Shown here in pieces: positions 26,773 to 34,965 of a stretch of 39,981 bases of DNA (position 1 is its first letter; each line of letters begins with the position of its first letter). The stretch is from a virus. Lineage: Duplodnaviria > Caudoviricetes. Made by a program: the position numbers and the translations under genes. The notes under the pieces are model-generated. The model had not been told where the DNA came from. It saw nothing but the letters and a program-made list of their open reading frames with translations, and did not search any database. Location of the stretch: positions 1 to 39,981 of IMG/VR virus record IMGVR_UViG_3300037126_000152; one strand, given 5' to 3'.

Positions 26773-27668
26773 CTTTTTTCTCGATATTCTTGCATCAAAA
26801 GTGTCATCTCTGACGACTCCATGAACAAAACCAGCCCCTCCCGATCTTTGGGGATGGTTGACAAGGCATGCGTTTTTCCTTTGCCGGACTCTCCCATAAG
26901 CAAAATATTTGGTCCGCGTGACGCGGATTTGACCACCGGATGATCAAAAACCTGTTTGAAGTCTGGTGCCAATTTTGGCCTCATCGGCAAAATTCGGCTT
27001 TTGAGACTGGCCTGCGGATGTGCGGTCGCCCAGTAATAAATGGGCTCCGGGTTTTGATTTTCTGACGTGACGTCTGGTACATAGGTTTTGGCCAAGATCA
27101 CATCATCAAAGAGCGGCGCCAGCTTCGCGGGGGCCTTCTGGCCTGTCGCCACCGGGATCAGCGTGTGGAAACCGGGGCGCTCCTGGTCGGTGACTTTGGT
27201 GTGCGCGGTGAGAATAAAAGCGCACTGAAGGCCGACAAAAGTTTGTACGTCACGAAGAAGCGTTTGGCCCATAACCCCGTATTGTGCCTGTGATTTTGCT
27301 GTCGGCGACCCGATCAAGGCGGCTTGCATCAAAGCGTCCCATGCGGTTAGTGAATCGATGGCCAGGACAAAATCCTTAGGAAACTCGATCGCAGGTCCGA
27401 AAGTCCTTCCGCAGCGATCACATTGAAGGCCGCCTCGCCCCAGAAGCCCCATGAGATGCCCAAGCACCGATTTTGCAGGCTTGCTGTTGTCGGTGGTTTG
27501 GGATTTGAGTGTTTCCCAAGGGGTGACAGCAGTTTGTGCGTAGAAACGCTCGCCCGTGAGAAATGGATTGGTCGCGGTATCGATGGATTGAGAATATACA
27601 TTTACATGGCATAACCCCTTGCAGTGATGTTCTTGTTTCGGTTCTGTTGTGTGTTGTGTTTGTTGCAT
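26757..27668 (-). CDS. AAA_24/Sak4-like RecA-fold ATPase, circularly permuted
   Basis: VLAIDSLT (Walker B), FILTAH, FDDVILA, LKSR precede ILLMGESGKGKT (Walker A) and LVLFME; AGGAG RBS before MQQ (alternative start 27692). Confidence 0.85.
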   Translation of the reverse strand: MQQTQHTTEPKQEHHCKGLCHVNVYSQSIDTATNPFLTGERFYAQTAVTPWETLKSQTTDNSKPAKSVLGHLMGLLGRGGLQCDRCGRTFGPAIEFPKDFVLAIDSLTAWDALMQAALIGSPTAKSQAQYGVMGQTLLRDVQTFVGLQCAFILTAHTKVTDQERPGFHTLIPVATGQKAPAKLAPLFDDVILAKTYVPDVTSENQNPEPIYYWATAHPQASLKSRILPMRPKLAPDFKQVFDHPVVKSASRGPNILLMGESGKGKTHALSTIPKDREGLVLFMESSEMTLLMQEYREKSLSKQ

Positions 27669-27688
27669 GATGTTATCTCTCCTGTGTT

Positions 27689-27871
27689 TCATCTGCGTGG
27701 TTTGAATGAATCCAATCTATAGCCCGGAAGACATATCGTGTTGATGTCGACCGTTTGCGGCAAAAGGCTCCTTCCTCGCAAGAGCCTCACTTGCGCAATC
27801 ATCTCCCGGCACTCTTGAAATGACTTTTTCTCTTCATTTCGTATGATCGCCTCCGTCTGTGTATGGTGCAT
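27689..27871 (-). CDS. hypothetical protein
   Basis: TAATG coupling to the nuclease stop; fills the gap to the ATPase gene. Confidence 0.5.
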   Translation of the reverse strand: MHHTQTEAIIRNEEKKSFQECREMIAQVRLLRGRSLLPQTVDINTICLPGYRLDSFKPRR

Positions 27872-28788
27872 TACCACTCTCCGGGTATGTATTCCGCTCG
27901 GGTGAGTCCTGTATGGTGAACCTCTCTACAATCCTCCAAATATCCACACATCCTGCCGAAGTTTTGACAATCGAAAGCCGTTCCCTGCGGGTCAAAGCTA
28001 GCGGGATGTATTCTACCGGAGTCGGTGGTAGCATTTGCCTTTATGGCCAAATCCACAGCCATCGAAAGATACAAATTTTCCAAGTCTGGTACGGCCAAGC
28101 CGTAGTTCAGATCAATGGGGATCGTTTTGAGTTGCGGATTGGCGGTGAACCTCGCGTATCGAGCTAAAAACGTGGATTCCACGGAAGGGAATTCTTCGTC
28201 CTTATTTTTGTCTGCCAGATACCGATAAGTGTGAAACTGGATTCGCTGTTGTCCAGCGGTTTCCGGCATAGCCGGAAAAGCACCACAAGTTTTATCGTCA
28301 AGGAGATAAAACTTGTTTTTTATTTCGATTACGGTGTCTACATAACCACAAAGGTAGACATTCCAATCTTCGAATAAGCTGCCGTCATATGACGGTTCAA
28401 ACGCTTTTTGTTTCAGAGGAATTTCTGATCTTACGATTTTTTCCTCCGAATCTTTTCGACATTGGTGTTCCAGCCAAAGCATCGTCTCAAGGTTTTCCAA
28501 GGTTTTTTTGTTGATCTCGTGGATCTCAGGTTTCCATTGCTTGACTGCATGTTGTACAGCCTCGTCAATGTCCTTCGTCCGGGCGATATGCAGGCATTCC
28601 GCATACAAAGCCCCGAACGCCAGATGGGGGGAAACCGAACGCTCTTCCGTCTCGTCCTTCGGCTGTAAAAACTGAAAATAAAACGCCCTTGGGCATCTAA
28701 GCCATGACACAAGCCGACTAGGCGAAAGATGCAGAGTTTTGGTCTCTCGGTCCATCACACTGGGCAGTAAGGTATCAGACATGGCCAT
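27871..28788 (-). CDS. PD-(D/E)XK nuclease, RecB/Cas4-like exonuclease
   Basis: LSPS...W..CPR.FY, E...GYVD...DDKT, Q...Y, and C-terminal C......C.Y...C (Fe-S-type cysteines). Confidence 0.88.
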   Translation of the reverse strand: MAMSDTLLPSVMDRETKTLHLSPSRLVSWLRCPRAFYFQFLQPKDETEERSVSPHLAFGALYAECLHIARTKDIDEAVQHAVKQWKPEIHEINKKTLENLETMLWLEHQCRKDSEEKIVRSEIPLKQKAFEPSYDGSLFEDWNVYLCGYVDTVIEIKNKFYLLDDKTCGAFPAMPETAGQQRIQFHTYRYLADKNKDEEFPSVESTFLARYARFTANPQLKTIPIDLNYGLAVPDLENLYLSMAVDLAIKANATTDSGRIHPASFDPQGTAFDCQNFGRMCGYLEDCREVHHTGLTRAEYIPGEW

Positions 28789-29134
28789 CTCCCAAGTTTT
28801 TCATACTCTGCTGGATCGCGGGAGGCGCTTGCTCAACAACCGAAGCAATTAAAACCCACGAAACTTCACCCTTCTTGTTTTGTTCTCGAATTTTTAGCGT
28901 CGGAGCACAAATTGCCACTACGTCCGGATGCTCTCTTCCGTACCGTGCGATCAAACGTCGGCGCTGAGCGTAGATCTGCGCTCTCGCACACACGGCGTCC
29001 GCCTTCTTCGTGTAAGCCACGCTGACGGCTCCGTAAGCGTCTAAGGCCGCCAGCCACTCTCGCATGGCACGATCCAGCACAGGCCCTTCCAGGGGGCTTG
29101 CTGTCGATTTATGGGTGTTTTGCATCGTCGGCAT
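28775..29134 (-). CDS. hypothetical protein, first gene of the leftward replication operon
   Basis: GAAAGGA RBS before MPTMQ; overlaps the nuclease start. Confidence 0.65.
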   Translation of the reverse strand: MPTMQNTHKSTASPLEGPVLDRAMREWLAALDAYGAVSVAYTKKADAVCARAQIYAQRRRLIARYGREHPDVVAICAPTLKIREQNKKGEVSWVLIASVVEQAPPAIQQSMKNLGDGHV

Positions 29135-29169
29135 GTTCCTTTCTCGGTCGGTGTGAGTTGATGGACAGG

Positions 29170-29199
29170 AGCTTAGAGGCACGCGCAAAAATTGATAAG
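29170..29199 (-). promoter_or_regulatory. CTTATCA-class leftward promoter
   Basis: Minus strand cTTATCA-17 nt-TAAGCT, 35 nt upstream of ATG 29134. Confidence 0.55.
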
Positions 29200-29292
29200 A
29201 AAAAATCCGAATTTTTTATAATTTTTTTGAATATTGACAAACGATTTGAGGAGACGCTGATTTGGAAATCTTTGATTTTTAAGGTATTTTTT

Positions 29293-29348
29293 TATTCGAA
29301 GATATTCGTCGGGCTATTCGTCCGGCTATTCGAAGATATTCGTCGGGC
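29293..29348. repeat. Iteron-like tandem repeats (5 x TATTCG at 10-12-bp period)
   Basis: TATTCGAAGA TATTCGTCGGGC TATTCGTCCGGC TATTCGAAGA TATTCGTCGGGC; inverted degenerate copies at 29744-29790. Confidence 0.8.
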
Positions 29349-29357
29349 TGTTATAAG

Positions 29358-29740
29358 GCTGTTTGAAAATATTTTACCATAAAAATCAAAATGTTAGGCT
29401 GTTTTTAGGGGAAGGCGACTCGAAAATTGTCCTGCCCCCTCCCCCATCGACGTTCAGTTGTGCCCAAAAATCCATTTATAGGCTCATCTCTTACACGTAT
29501 AATATATATTGTACAAAAAAAAAATGTATTTTATATATAAATACGCGTAAATAAAGGACTTTTTCACAATACGCAAGGAAAAAATGCACATCATGAAGCT
29601 GGTCGATAAAATTTTTCTTGGGAGGCAAAAAAGCCGACAAAAAGGAGTCGCACATGGGGGGCTGTGGGGCACGGGAAAAACGATTTTTGGACAAAACAGC
29701 CTAACCTTTTGATTTTTATGGTAAAATATTTTCAAATAGC
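29358..29740. repeat. 48-bp inverted repeat (29358-29405 / 29693-29740) around an AT-rich core; candidate replication origin
   Basis: GCT(G/A)TTTGAAAATATTTTACCATAAAAATCAAAA(T/G)GTTAGGCTGTTTT, 46/48 identical, at the point where transcription diverges. Confidence 0.85.
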
Positions 29741-29841
29741 GAGCGAATAGCCAGACGAATATTTCTAAATAACTAGACGAACTGGGGGGCAAATATTTTC
29801 TAATATAAACCAATGCTTTTGGGGGAAAGAAATTTTTCCAT

Positions 29842-29871
29842 CTTATCAGTATTCACTCGTCATGGTATCCC
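29842..29871 (+). promoter_or_regulatory. CTTATCA-class rightward promoter
   Basis: cTTATCA-17 nt-TATCCC upstream of the DUF3987 gene; weaker -10. Confidence 0.4.
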
Positions 29872-29933
29872 TAAGCCGTTCGGACGCACAAAAAGGCGAC
29901 TCCGGCACGCGACATCGACAAAGGGACAACTGT

Positions 29934-31178
29934 ATGAGGACCTTCATAGATCGATATTTGGAACATACGAAAGACTACGAAGCGCCGGAAGTGAGTCACC
30001 TTTTGGCGGCACTCTGGGCGCTGGGAGCGGCAGTGGAGCGTCGAGTGTATCTGAAGGCCGGTCATCTGGAGTGGCCTGTCAACCTTTTTATTTTGTTGAT
30101 TGCGCCTCCCGGAGTGGCGCAAAAGTCCACTACAATCGGGCACGCGCAAAAGCTTTTGCGACAAATCGGAGTGCCGGATGGCGTATCGGTGACGACTATT
30201 GAATCGCTGATTCAAGATATGGTGGACATGAAAAAGACGCCTGTTCAAGAAGTATGGGAAGAACAAGAAAGAGATGTGTATGCGCGCGGTGATCATGCAA
30301 CATCTCTTCCCCCCGACTATACATATACATGGTGTTCATTAGCAGTATCCGAATTCGGTGCCTTTGCGCGTCCCCAAGAGCAAGCTTCTGTAGACATCTT
30401 GACCGATCTGTGGGACGGCACGCAGCGTACGTGGACCAAAGGGACCATCACACGGGGAAAAAACGAACTTGAGACGCCTGTTTTGCACTATTTCGCGGCC
30501 ACCACACCCACGTGGTTTAAGACCCAAATAACACCAGCCATGCTGGAAGGCGGTTTTATCTCACGTCATTTAATTGGTATTTTGGACGGAAAAAGGCATT
30601 ATTGTGCGTATCCCGGTCTGGATCAGATACAAAAAAACCAAAAACTTGAAGAAAATTTGATAAGTCATTTGGAGATGGTTTCCGAGTTGAAAGGGCTTTT
30701 CGTGATGTCGCCCGAGTTTCGTGCAGAAGGGGAGCGCTGGTATATTTCGACACAAAAAAACCGATACCAAAGTAATACAGATGATCCACTTCATGCTCTC
30801 CGCGCAGGTGTGATGGTTCGTGATCAGGCACAAATGCACAAGCTGGCCATGCTGCATAGTCTCGCTTGTGGCGACGATTTGGTCTTAAAGAGACGAGATT
30901 TTGAGTTTGGGCTCGACTTGGTGACGCGGCTATACAACGGCGTGCTGGAGCTGCTCCACCAAACCGAAGGTCCTCCCGAGTATCAGCAAACCCATGATAT
31001 CCTTCAATTTATGACCAACTATCCGCTTGGGGTTTCGGAGGATCGCCTTTTGACAGCCATGCGTCCCAAAATGCAAACCCGAGACATGGACGCGGCAATA
31101 GAGAGCTTGCTGAGGAGTAAAGACGTGACTGTCATCGAGACCGCTTTCGGAAGGAGCTTCCGATTGACAAAAACTTGA
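29934..31178 (+). CDS. DUF3987-like AAA+ ATPase, putative replicative helicase
   Basis: NLFILLIAPPGVAQKSTTI (Walker A), SEFG (Walker B), LTDLWDG, GGFISR (Arg finger), KLAM, C-terminal winged helix; start MRTFID after AAGGGA. Confidence 0.8.
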   Translation: MRTFIDRYLEHTKDYEAPEVSHLLAALWALGAAVERRVYLKAGHLEWPVNLFILLIAPPGVAQKSTTIGHAQKLLRQIGVPDGVSVTTIESLIQDMVDMKKTPVQEVWEEQERDVYARGDHATSLPPDYTYTWCSLAVSEFGAFARPQEQASVDILTDLWDGTQRTWTKGTITRGKNELETPVLHYFAATTPTWFKTQITPAMLEGGFISRHLIGILDGKRHYCAYPGLDQIQKNQKLEENLISHLEMVSELKGLFVMSPEFRAEGERWYISTQKNRYQSNTDDPLHALRAGVMVRDQAQMHKLAMLHSLACGDDLVLKRRDFEFGLDLVTRLYNGVLELLHQTEGPPEYQQTHDILQFMTNYPLGVSEDRLLTAMRPKMQTRDMDAAIESLLRSKDVTVIETAFGRSFRLTKT

Positions 31179-31187
31179 TGAAAAACT

Positions 31188-31217
31188 CTTATCAAATAGC
31201 TGATATGGGATGATAAT
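31188..31217 (+). promoter_or_regulatory. CTTATCA-class promoter for the neck/NrdJb operon
   Basis: cTTATCA-17 nt-GATAAT in the 63-bp intergenic gap. Confidence 0.55.
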
Positions 31218-31241
31218 TAACTAACAGAAGGAAATCAACTA

Positions 31242-31535
31242 ATGACTGAGCGCTTAAAACTAATCGCTGCTGAAAAGACGCTGCACCTTATTCTTGTGAT
31301 TTTCGTGGGACTGCTGGGCTGGCTGCTGGACTCTGTGAATAAATTGCAGCAAAAACTGGCGATTGCCGAATCGCATTACGAACGTCTGAAAGAACAATCA
31401 ACTGCCGTAGAATGGGGCCAAGCTGATCACCGACAGCTGGCCGAAGATATCAGTCGGATTGAAGAGCGTATTCGAGGGATTGAACGTAAAACTGAAATCG
31501 AGCGACAGGATTCACAATTGATCATTCGGAGATAA
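31242..31535 (+). CDS. Membrane-anchored coiled-coil protein (possible lysis accessory)
   Basis: GAAGGA RBS; one N-terminal TM helix followed by a heptad-rich region (ISRIEERIRGIE). Confidence 0.65.
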   Translation: MTERLKLIAAEKTLHLILVIFVGLLGWLLDSVNKLQQKLAIAESHYERLKEQSTAVEWGQADHRQLAEDISRIEERIRGIERKTEIERQDSQLIIRR

Positions 31536-31537
31536 TT

Positions 31538-32110
31538 ATGGAGCTTCTCACGTGGGAAAAATTTGCGGTTTTGAAGGGTCTGGATGAAACAGGTGATTCA
31601 TCGGTGTTCGATCTCCTGGAAGAGATGGTGCGGAGTAGGTTTCAGACATATCTGGAGCGGGAGTTTGGTTTAGAAGAACGAACGCAAATCATCTCCAAAG
31701 GCAGTACCGATGGAGTGCTGATATCAGATTTGATGTTACCGCTTCGAGGGATTCCTATTTTATCTGTGGCTGCCGTAGAGGTTTCGTATTACGACGCAGC
31801 AATCCAAAGCACTACCGCAGTGGATATTACGTCGTCTGCAACGGTCCGGAGTACCAGTGGTGTGTATGTTCCGTCTTATACGACTCTGCCAGCGGAATAC
31901 GCAGTGACCTATACGGGAGGTCTTGTCGCAACCAACGGAACTTTGGAGCGTGCTGCTTTTCTACAAATCTCCGAAGAATGGGAGCGCCGCTTTCAGCCCG
32001 GAGCAAATAGCACACAAGGTCCGGGAGGAAGAACCACGCTCGGATCTTTCGGTCTGCTCCCGGAAGTCAAAGAAACCCTGGCTTCGTTAATCCATCCTTG
32101 GAAATATTGA
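31538..32110 (+). CDS. Head-tail connector/adaptor protein
   Basis: MELLT......L..., F.TYL.R.F..., L.L...PI.SV..V, VTYTGG, LLPEVKE.L pattern of gp6/gp15-like adaptors. Confidence 0.75.
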   Translation: MELLTWEKFAVLKGLDETGDSSVFDLLEEMVRSRFQTYLEREFGLEERTQIISKGSTDGVLISDLMLPLRGIPILSVAAVEVSYYDAAIQSTTAVDITSSATVRSTSGVYVPSYTTLPAEYAVTYTGGLVATNGTLERAAFLQISEEWERRFQPGANSTQGPGGRTTLGSFGLLPEVKETLASLIHPWKY

Positions 32111-32119
32111 GAAAAAATA

Positions 32120-32758
32120 ATGTTTTCTGTAGAAATTCCGGATCAACGACAACTGGAGGCGGATCTCGCTTCAATCCCGGAGCGACTTTTTCCTCGGGCA
32201 AAAAATCTCGCCCGCGATGGTGTGCTCAAGGCCCAGCGCAAGACGGTTTCTGAGATGACGGGAAAGGGGGCGCTGAGACGCTCGGGCACACTGGCGAGGT
32301 CTATCCAAACAACCGCACGCGGGTCGGCGCTAGACAATCTCTACGCCTCCGTAGGCGCAGCCCAAACCGTTGGCGGCAAAGAGCTTGTTTATGCGCCTGT
32401 CCATCAAAAGGGAGCACTGCACAATAATGCCCCCCGCATCACCATCCGCGCAAAAAACGCTTTCAAAAATCTTCCCGGAGGCCCGTATCTGACTGTGCCG
32501 GCGCCTGCAAATCAAACTGGGGCAGGCGTCATGCGGATGACGCCACGACAGCTTTTTTCCGGAGGCGGCAAGATCGGAACCGGAAGTAGCGGAAGAGGAA
32601 TTTCTCTGTTTGATAACAATGGTCGCGAGATGTTCTTTTTGGCTAAAAAGGTTAGTTTTTTGAGAAAATTGCATCTTTTCGAGCACGGGCTGCACGAAGC
32701 GGAAAAATGGTTCGAAAAACTCAAGGTATTACCTCTGCTGCCGGAAGAGGGGGCATGA
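32120..32758 (+). CDS. Neck/tail-completion protein (HK97 gp10-like)
   Basis: L.RSGTLARSI, YAPVHQ.G, TIRAKN...YLTVP motifs; basic protein after the adaptor. Confidence 0.72.
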   Translation: MFSVEIPDQRQLEADLASIPERLFPRAKNLARDGVLKAQRKTVSEMTGKGALRRSGTLARSIQTTARGSALDNLYASVGAAQTVGGKELVYAPVHQKGALHNNAPRITIRAKNAFKNLPGGPYLTVPAPANQTGAGVMRMTPRQLFSGGGKIGTGSSGRGISLFDNNGREMFFLAKKVSFLRKLHLFEHGLHEAEKWFEKLKVLPLLPEEGA

Positions 32759-32763
32759 TATCG

Positions 32764-33483
32764 ATGGCTATCGAAATCACCGGAAAAATAGTACAAGCAT
32801 CTATCGTGGGTGAAAAGAACGGTCCGCGACCGTCAAAAACGCCAAAAAACTCATCAAAAGAACTGAATTTTTCACGAAACCTGCCGGAGTCTTTACTTGA
32901 GGGAGATCTTTTGGGGATCACACGGCGTATCGCATCGCCGCACGAAGCCGGGCACTATCATGTGACCATTAATTTCGCAACAGAGCCGCCTTATGAGGGA
33001 AGAATAGTCCAGATTTTTATTACTCCAACAGAAAACATTGCGGCAGAATGGATTCACGCAGTGGCAATCATGGCGTCAGAAGCGCTTCAATCGGGGGCAT
33101 CGGTTAGATCGATTGCGTCAGCGCTGGGTAAGGTCAAAAATCACTCGGGAGGATATTTTTCCCAAAGGACAAAAAAACATTATGATAGTGTAGTTGGGGA
33201 GATAGCTGATTTTTTGCTGGAAGTGCATCGAACATGGAAAAATAGGGTGACGACGACGACGACGAAAGAGGAAAAGAAATCGCCTTCAGTCTCTGAGTCT
33301 TTCGGCGTCGTCTCACCACTGAGTCCGACCGCGCTGTCCCCGGAGGAGCGCTCTTCTCTTCGGTCGGGCGTAAAAACTCTTGACAAGAATCTGGCGCAAT
33401 GCCCGGAGTGCGGGGAGATGACTTTATCCAGGACGGGTGGATGCGATTTATGTATAAGTTGTAACTACTCAAAATGCGGGTAA
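32764..33483 (+). CDS. nrdJb: Class II ribonucleotide reductase small subunit NrdJb (TSCPD-domain protein)
   Basis: MAIEITGKI N-terminus, L.G.T..I.SP....YHVTIN, IFI, EWI.A....S, GGYF, SVVGEI, C-terminal CPECG...GGCDLC.SC.YSKCG. Confidence 0.85.
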   Translation: MAIEITGKIVQASIVGEKNGPRPSKTPKNSSKELNFSRNLPESLLEGDLLGITRRIASPHEAGHYHVTINFATEPPYEGRIVQIFITPTENIAAEWIHAVAIMASEALQSGASVRSIASALGKVKNHSGGYFSQRTKKHYDSVVGEIADFLLEVHRTWKNRVTTTTTKEEKKSPSVSESFGVVSPLSPTALSPEERSSLRSGVKTLDKNLAQCPECGEMTLSRTGGCDLCISCNYSKCG

Positions 33484-33500
33484 AAGAGGGAGTATAGATC

Positions 33501-34034
33501 ATGGTACAACGTAAAAAGCAGAGGGTCATCGGAAAAACATCGCGTGCGCAATTTGCGCAAATTATCAAAAATTGGCTTCAAGATATTAACTACTATGACC
33601 AGTTGACAATATATGATTGGGCATGGGAAGAAATAGGCAACATCCTGCAAATGCTCGTATTACGGGGGATGCACGTACATTTATATACGCGGGATTCTGT
33701 TAGACCGCTCGATGTATATTTGAGCACCGAAGCATTGCCCGATGGAGAATGGGATGGATGTGAATTTTTCATCGGACAAAATGTCGCCGATAAAAAGTAT
33801 TATTTGTTCGAGTCGCAAAGCGGTTTGATGGTATCCGGGAAAAAACATTCGTCTCAAGCTAAAGCCATACAAGAATATCGCGAGGACGAAAAGAAGATGA
33901 AAACGGCACGAGTCATGGCTATAAGATCGGGCGATCTGCCGAAAAATCAAACCCGACGCCATTTACAGACTTGGGCGATCCGCTCGAAAAGAGAAGATCT
34001 TTTAGAAGACCTTTTCAACCTGACTGCCGGCTGA
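33501..34034 (+). CDS. hypothetical protein
   Basis: GAGGGAG RBS, 177-aa ORF filling the operon. Confidence 0.75.
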   Translation: MVQRKKQRVIGKTSRAQFAQIIKNWLQDINYYDQLTIYDWAWEEIGNILQMLVLRGMHVHLYTRDSVRPLDVYLSTEALPDGEWDGCEFFIGQNVADKKYYLFESQSGLMVSGKKHSSQAKAIQEYREDEKKMKTARVMAIRSGDLPKNQTRRHLQTWAIRSKREDLLEDLFNLTAG

Positions 34035-34077
34035 CCATAAGTAGCCATGTTTTCCCAACCCTGAATAGGAACACCTC

Positions 34078-34572
34078 ATGACTCACGTTGAAACCCTGGA
34101 TACAATAATCCGCGCGCGGCTCGGAAACATTTCCCTCGCAAATGGATATCACTTCGATGTAGAAAAAATCACCAATTCACAATTTGCAGGCCCTTATCAG
34201 CCGAATCAAAAACTACATATTTTTTACGGCCAAATCGGCTTGTCGGTGGAACCGGCTGATTACGGTGTTGAGAGGCATTCCGCTCTCTGGGGCGTACAGG
34301 CGGTCCTCACGGCGTCCCCGAGAGATGGCGGCATCCAAGCCCCGGCTTTTGCCGACGCTGACATACGGACCGCCCTGGCGCGTTCGACGGCGACTCCCGG
34401 GTGGGACGACGAACCCGCGATTCACTTCGGAGGTGAAACCCCGCCCTTGTCCGTCAGTCGCGTCTCAATCGGAGATTCCACCTATTCCCAGAGCGGAAAT
34501 ATCTTTTTTGTGGACGTTGAGATGCGGATTACCTACGACGCCCTGAGCGGTGATATGGAGGATATGGTATGA
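34078..34572 (+). CDS. Putative tail terminator protein
   Basis: I.ARL.NISLANGYHFDV N-terminus, ADI..AL, final ..ITY strand, typical of lambda gpU-like terminators. Confidence 0.7.
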   Translation: MTHVETLDTIIRARLGNISLANGYHFDVEKITNSQFAGPYQPNQKLHIFYGQIGLSVEPADYGVERHSALWGVQAVLTASPRDGGIQAPAFADADIRTALARSTATPGWDDEPAIHFGGETPPLSVSRVSIGDSTYSQSGNIFFVDVEMRITYDALSGDMEDMV

Positions 34573-34847
34573 ATAAGATTGCAAAAACCGGGCCAAATTT
34601 GAAAAATTTCGACGAATTGGAATCGCCGGAAGTTGATTCGGCACAGGAGCCGCCATACTACCGCCTTCCGTGCGGTGCTTCCGCATGGGATGTCATGGCC
34701 GAAATCGGTGTCTTGGATGCCTTTTTGCTGGGGAATGCGATCAAATATGCACTTCGTGCGGGGAGAAAACCGGGAGAATCGGCAGAAAAGGATCTTGCTA
34801 AAGCACGGCATTGTCTGGATAAAATGATGAGGGAGGCAAAAAAATGA
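34569..34847 (+). CDS. DUF3310 (T7 gp1.7/SaV-like) protein
   Basis: P.YY...G...DV......F.LGNAIKY..RAGRK......DL.KA...L. Confidence 0.85.
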   Translation: MNKIAKTGPNLKNFDELESPEVDSAQEPPYYRLPCGASAWDVMAEIGVLDAFLLGNAIKYALRAGRKPGESAEKDLAKARHCLDKMMREAKK

Positions 34848-34873
34848 TGTAGGGTGATTTTTTCGATTGACGA
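34837..34873 (+). promoter_or_regulatory. Repeated early-promoter element, copy 1
   Basis: AAAAAATGATGTAGGGTGATTTTTTCGATTGACGA; near-identical at 37656 and 38051. Confidence 0.75.
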
Positions 34874-34965
34874 AGTGCGGGGGATATGCGATGATCTTTA
34901 GCAAGTGAAGGGGAACAAAGACTAACACACAGGGGGAAAAATGTACGAGACGGAATGCAACTTAG

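Noticed and set aside
29293-29348. Short repeats as a CRISPR or mini-array
   Set aside because: Units are 10-12 bp with no unique spacers; the nearby Cas4-like nuclease sits in a standard nuclease-Sak4-SSB recombination module.
29098-29813. Track ORFs across the AT-rich locus
   Set aside because: Low-complexity Phe/Lys/Ile translations of the inverted repeat (both arms give KIFYHKNQ); no RBS.
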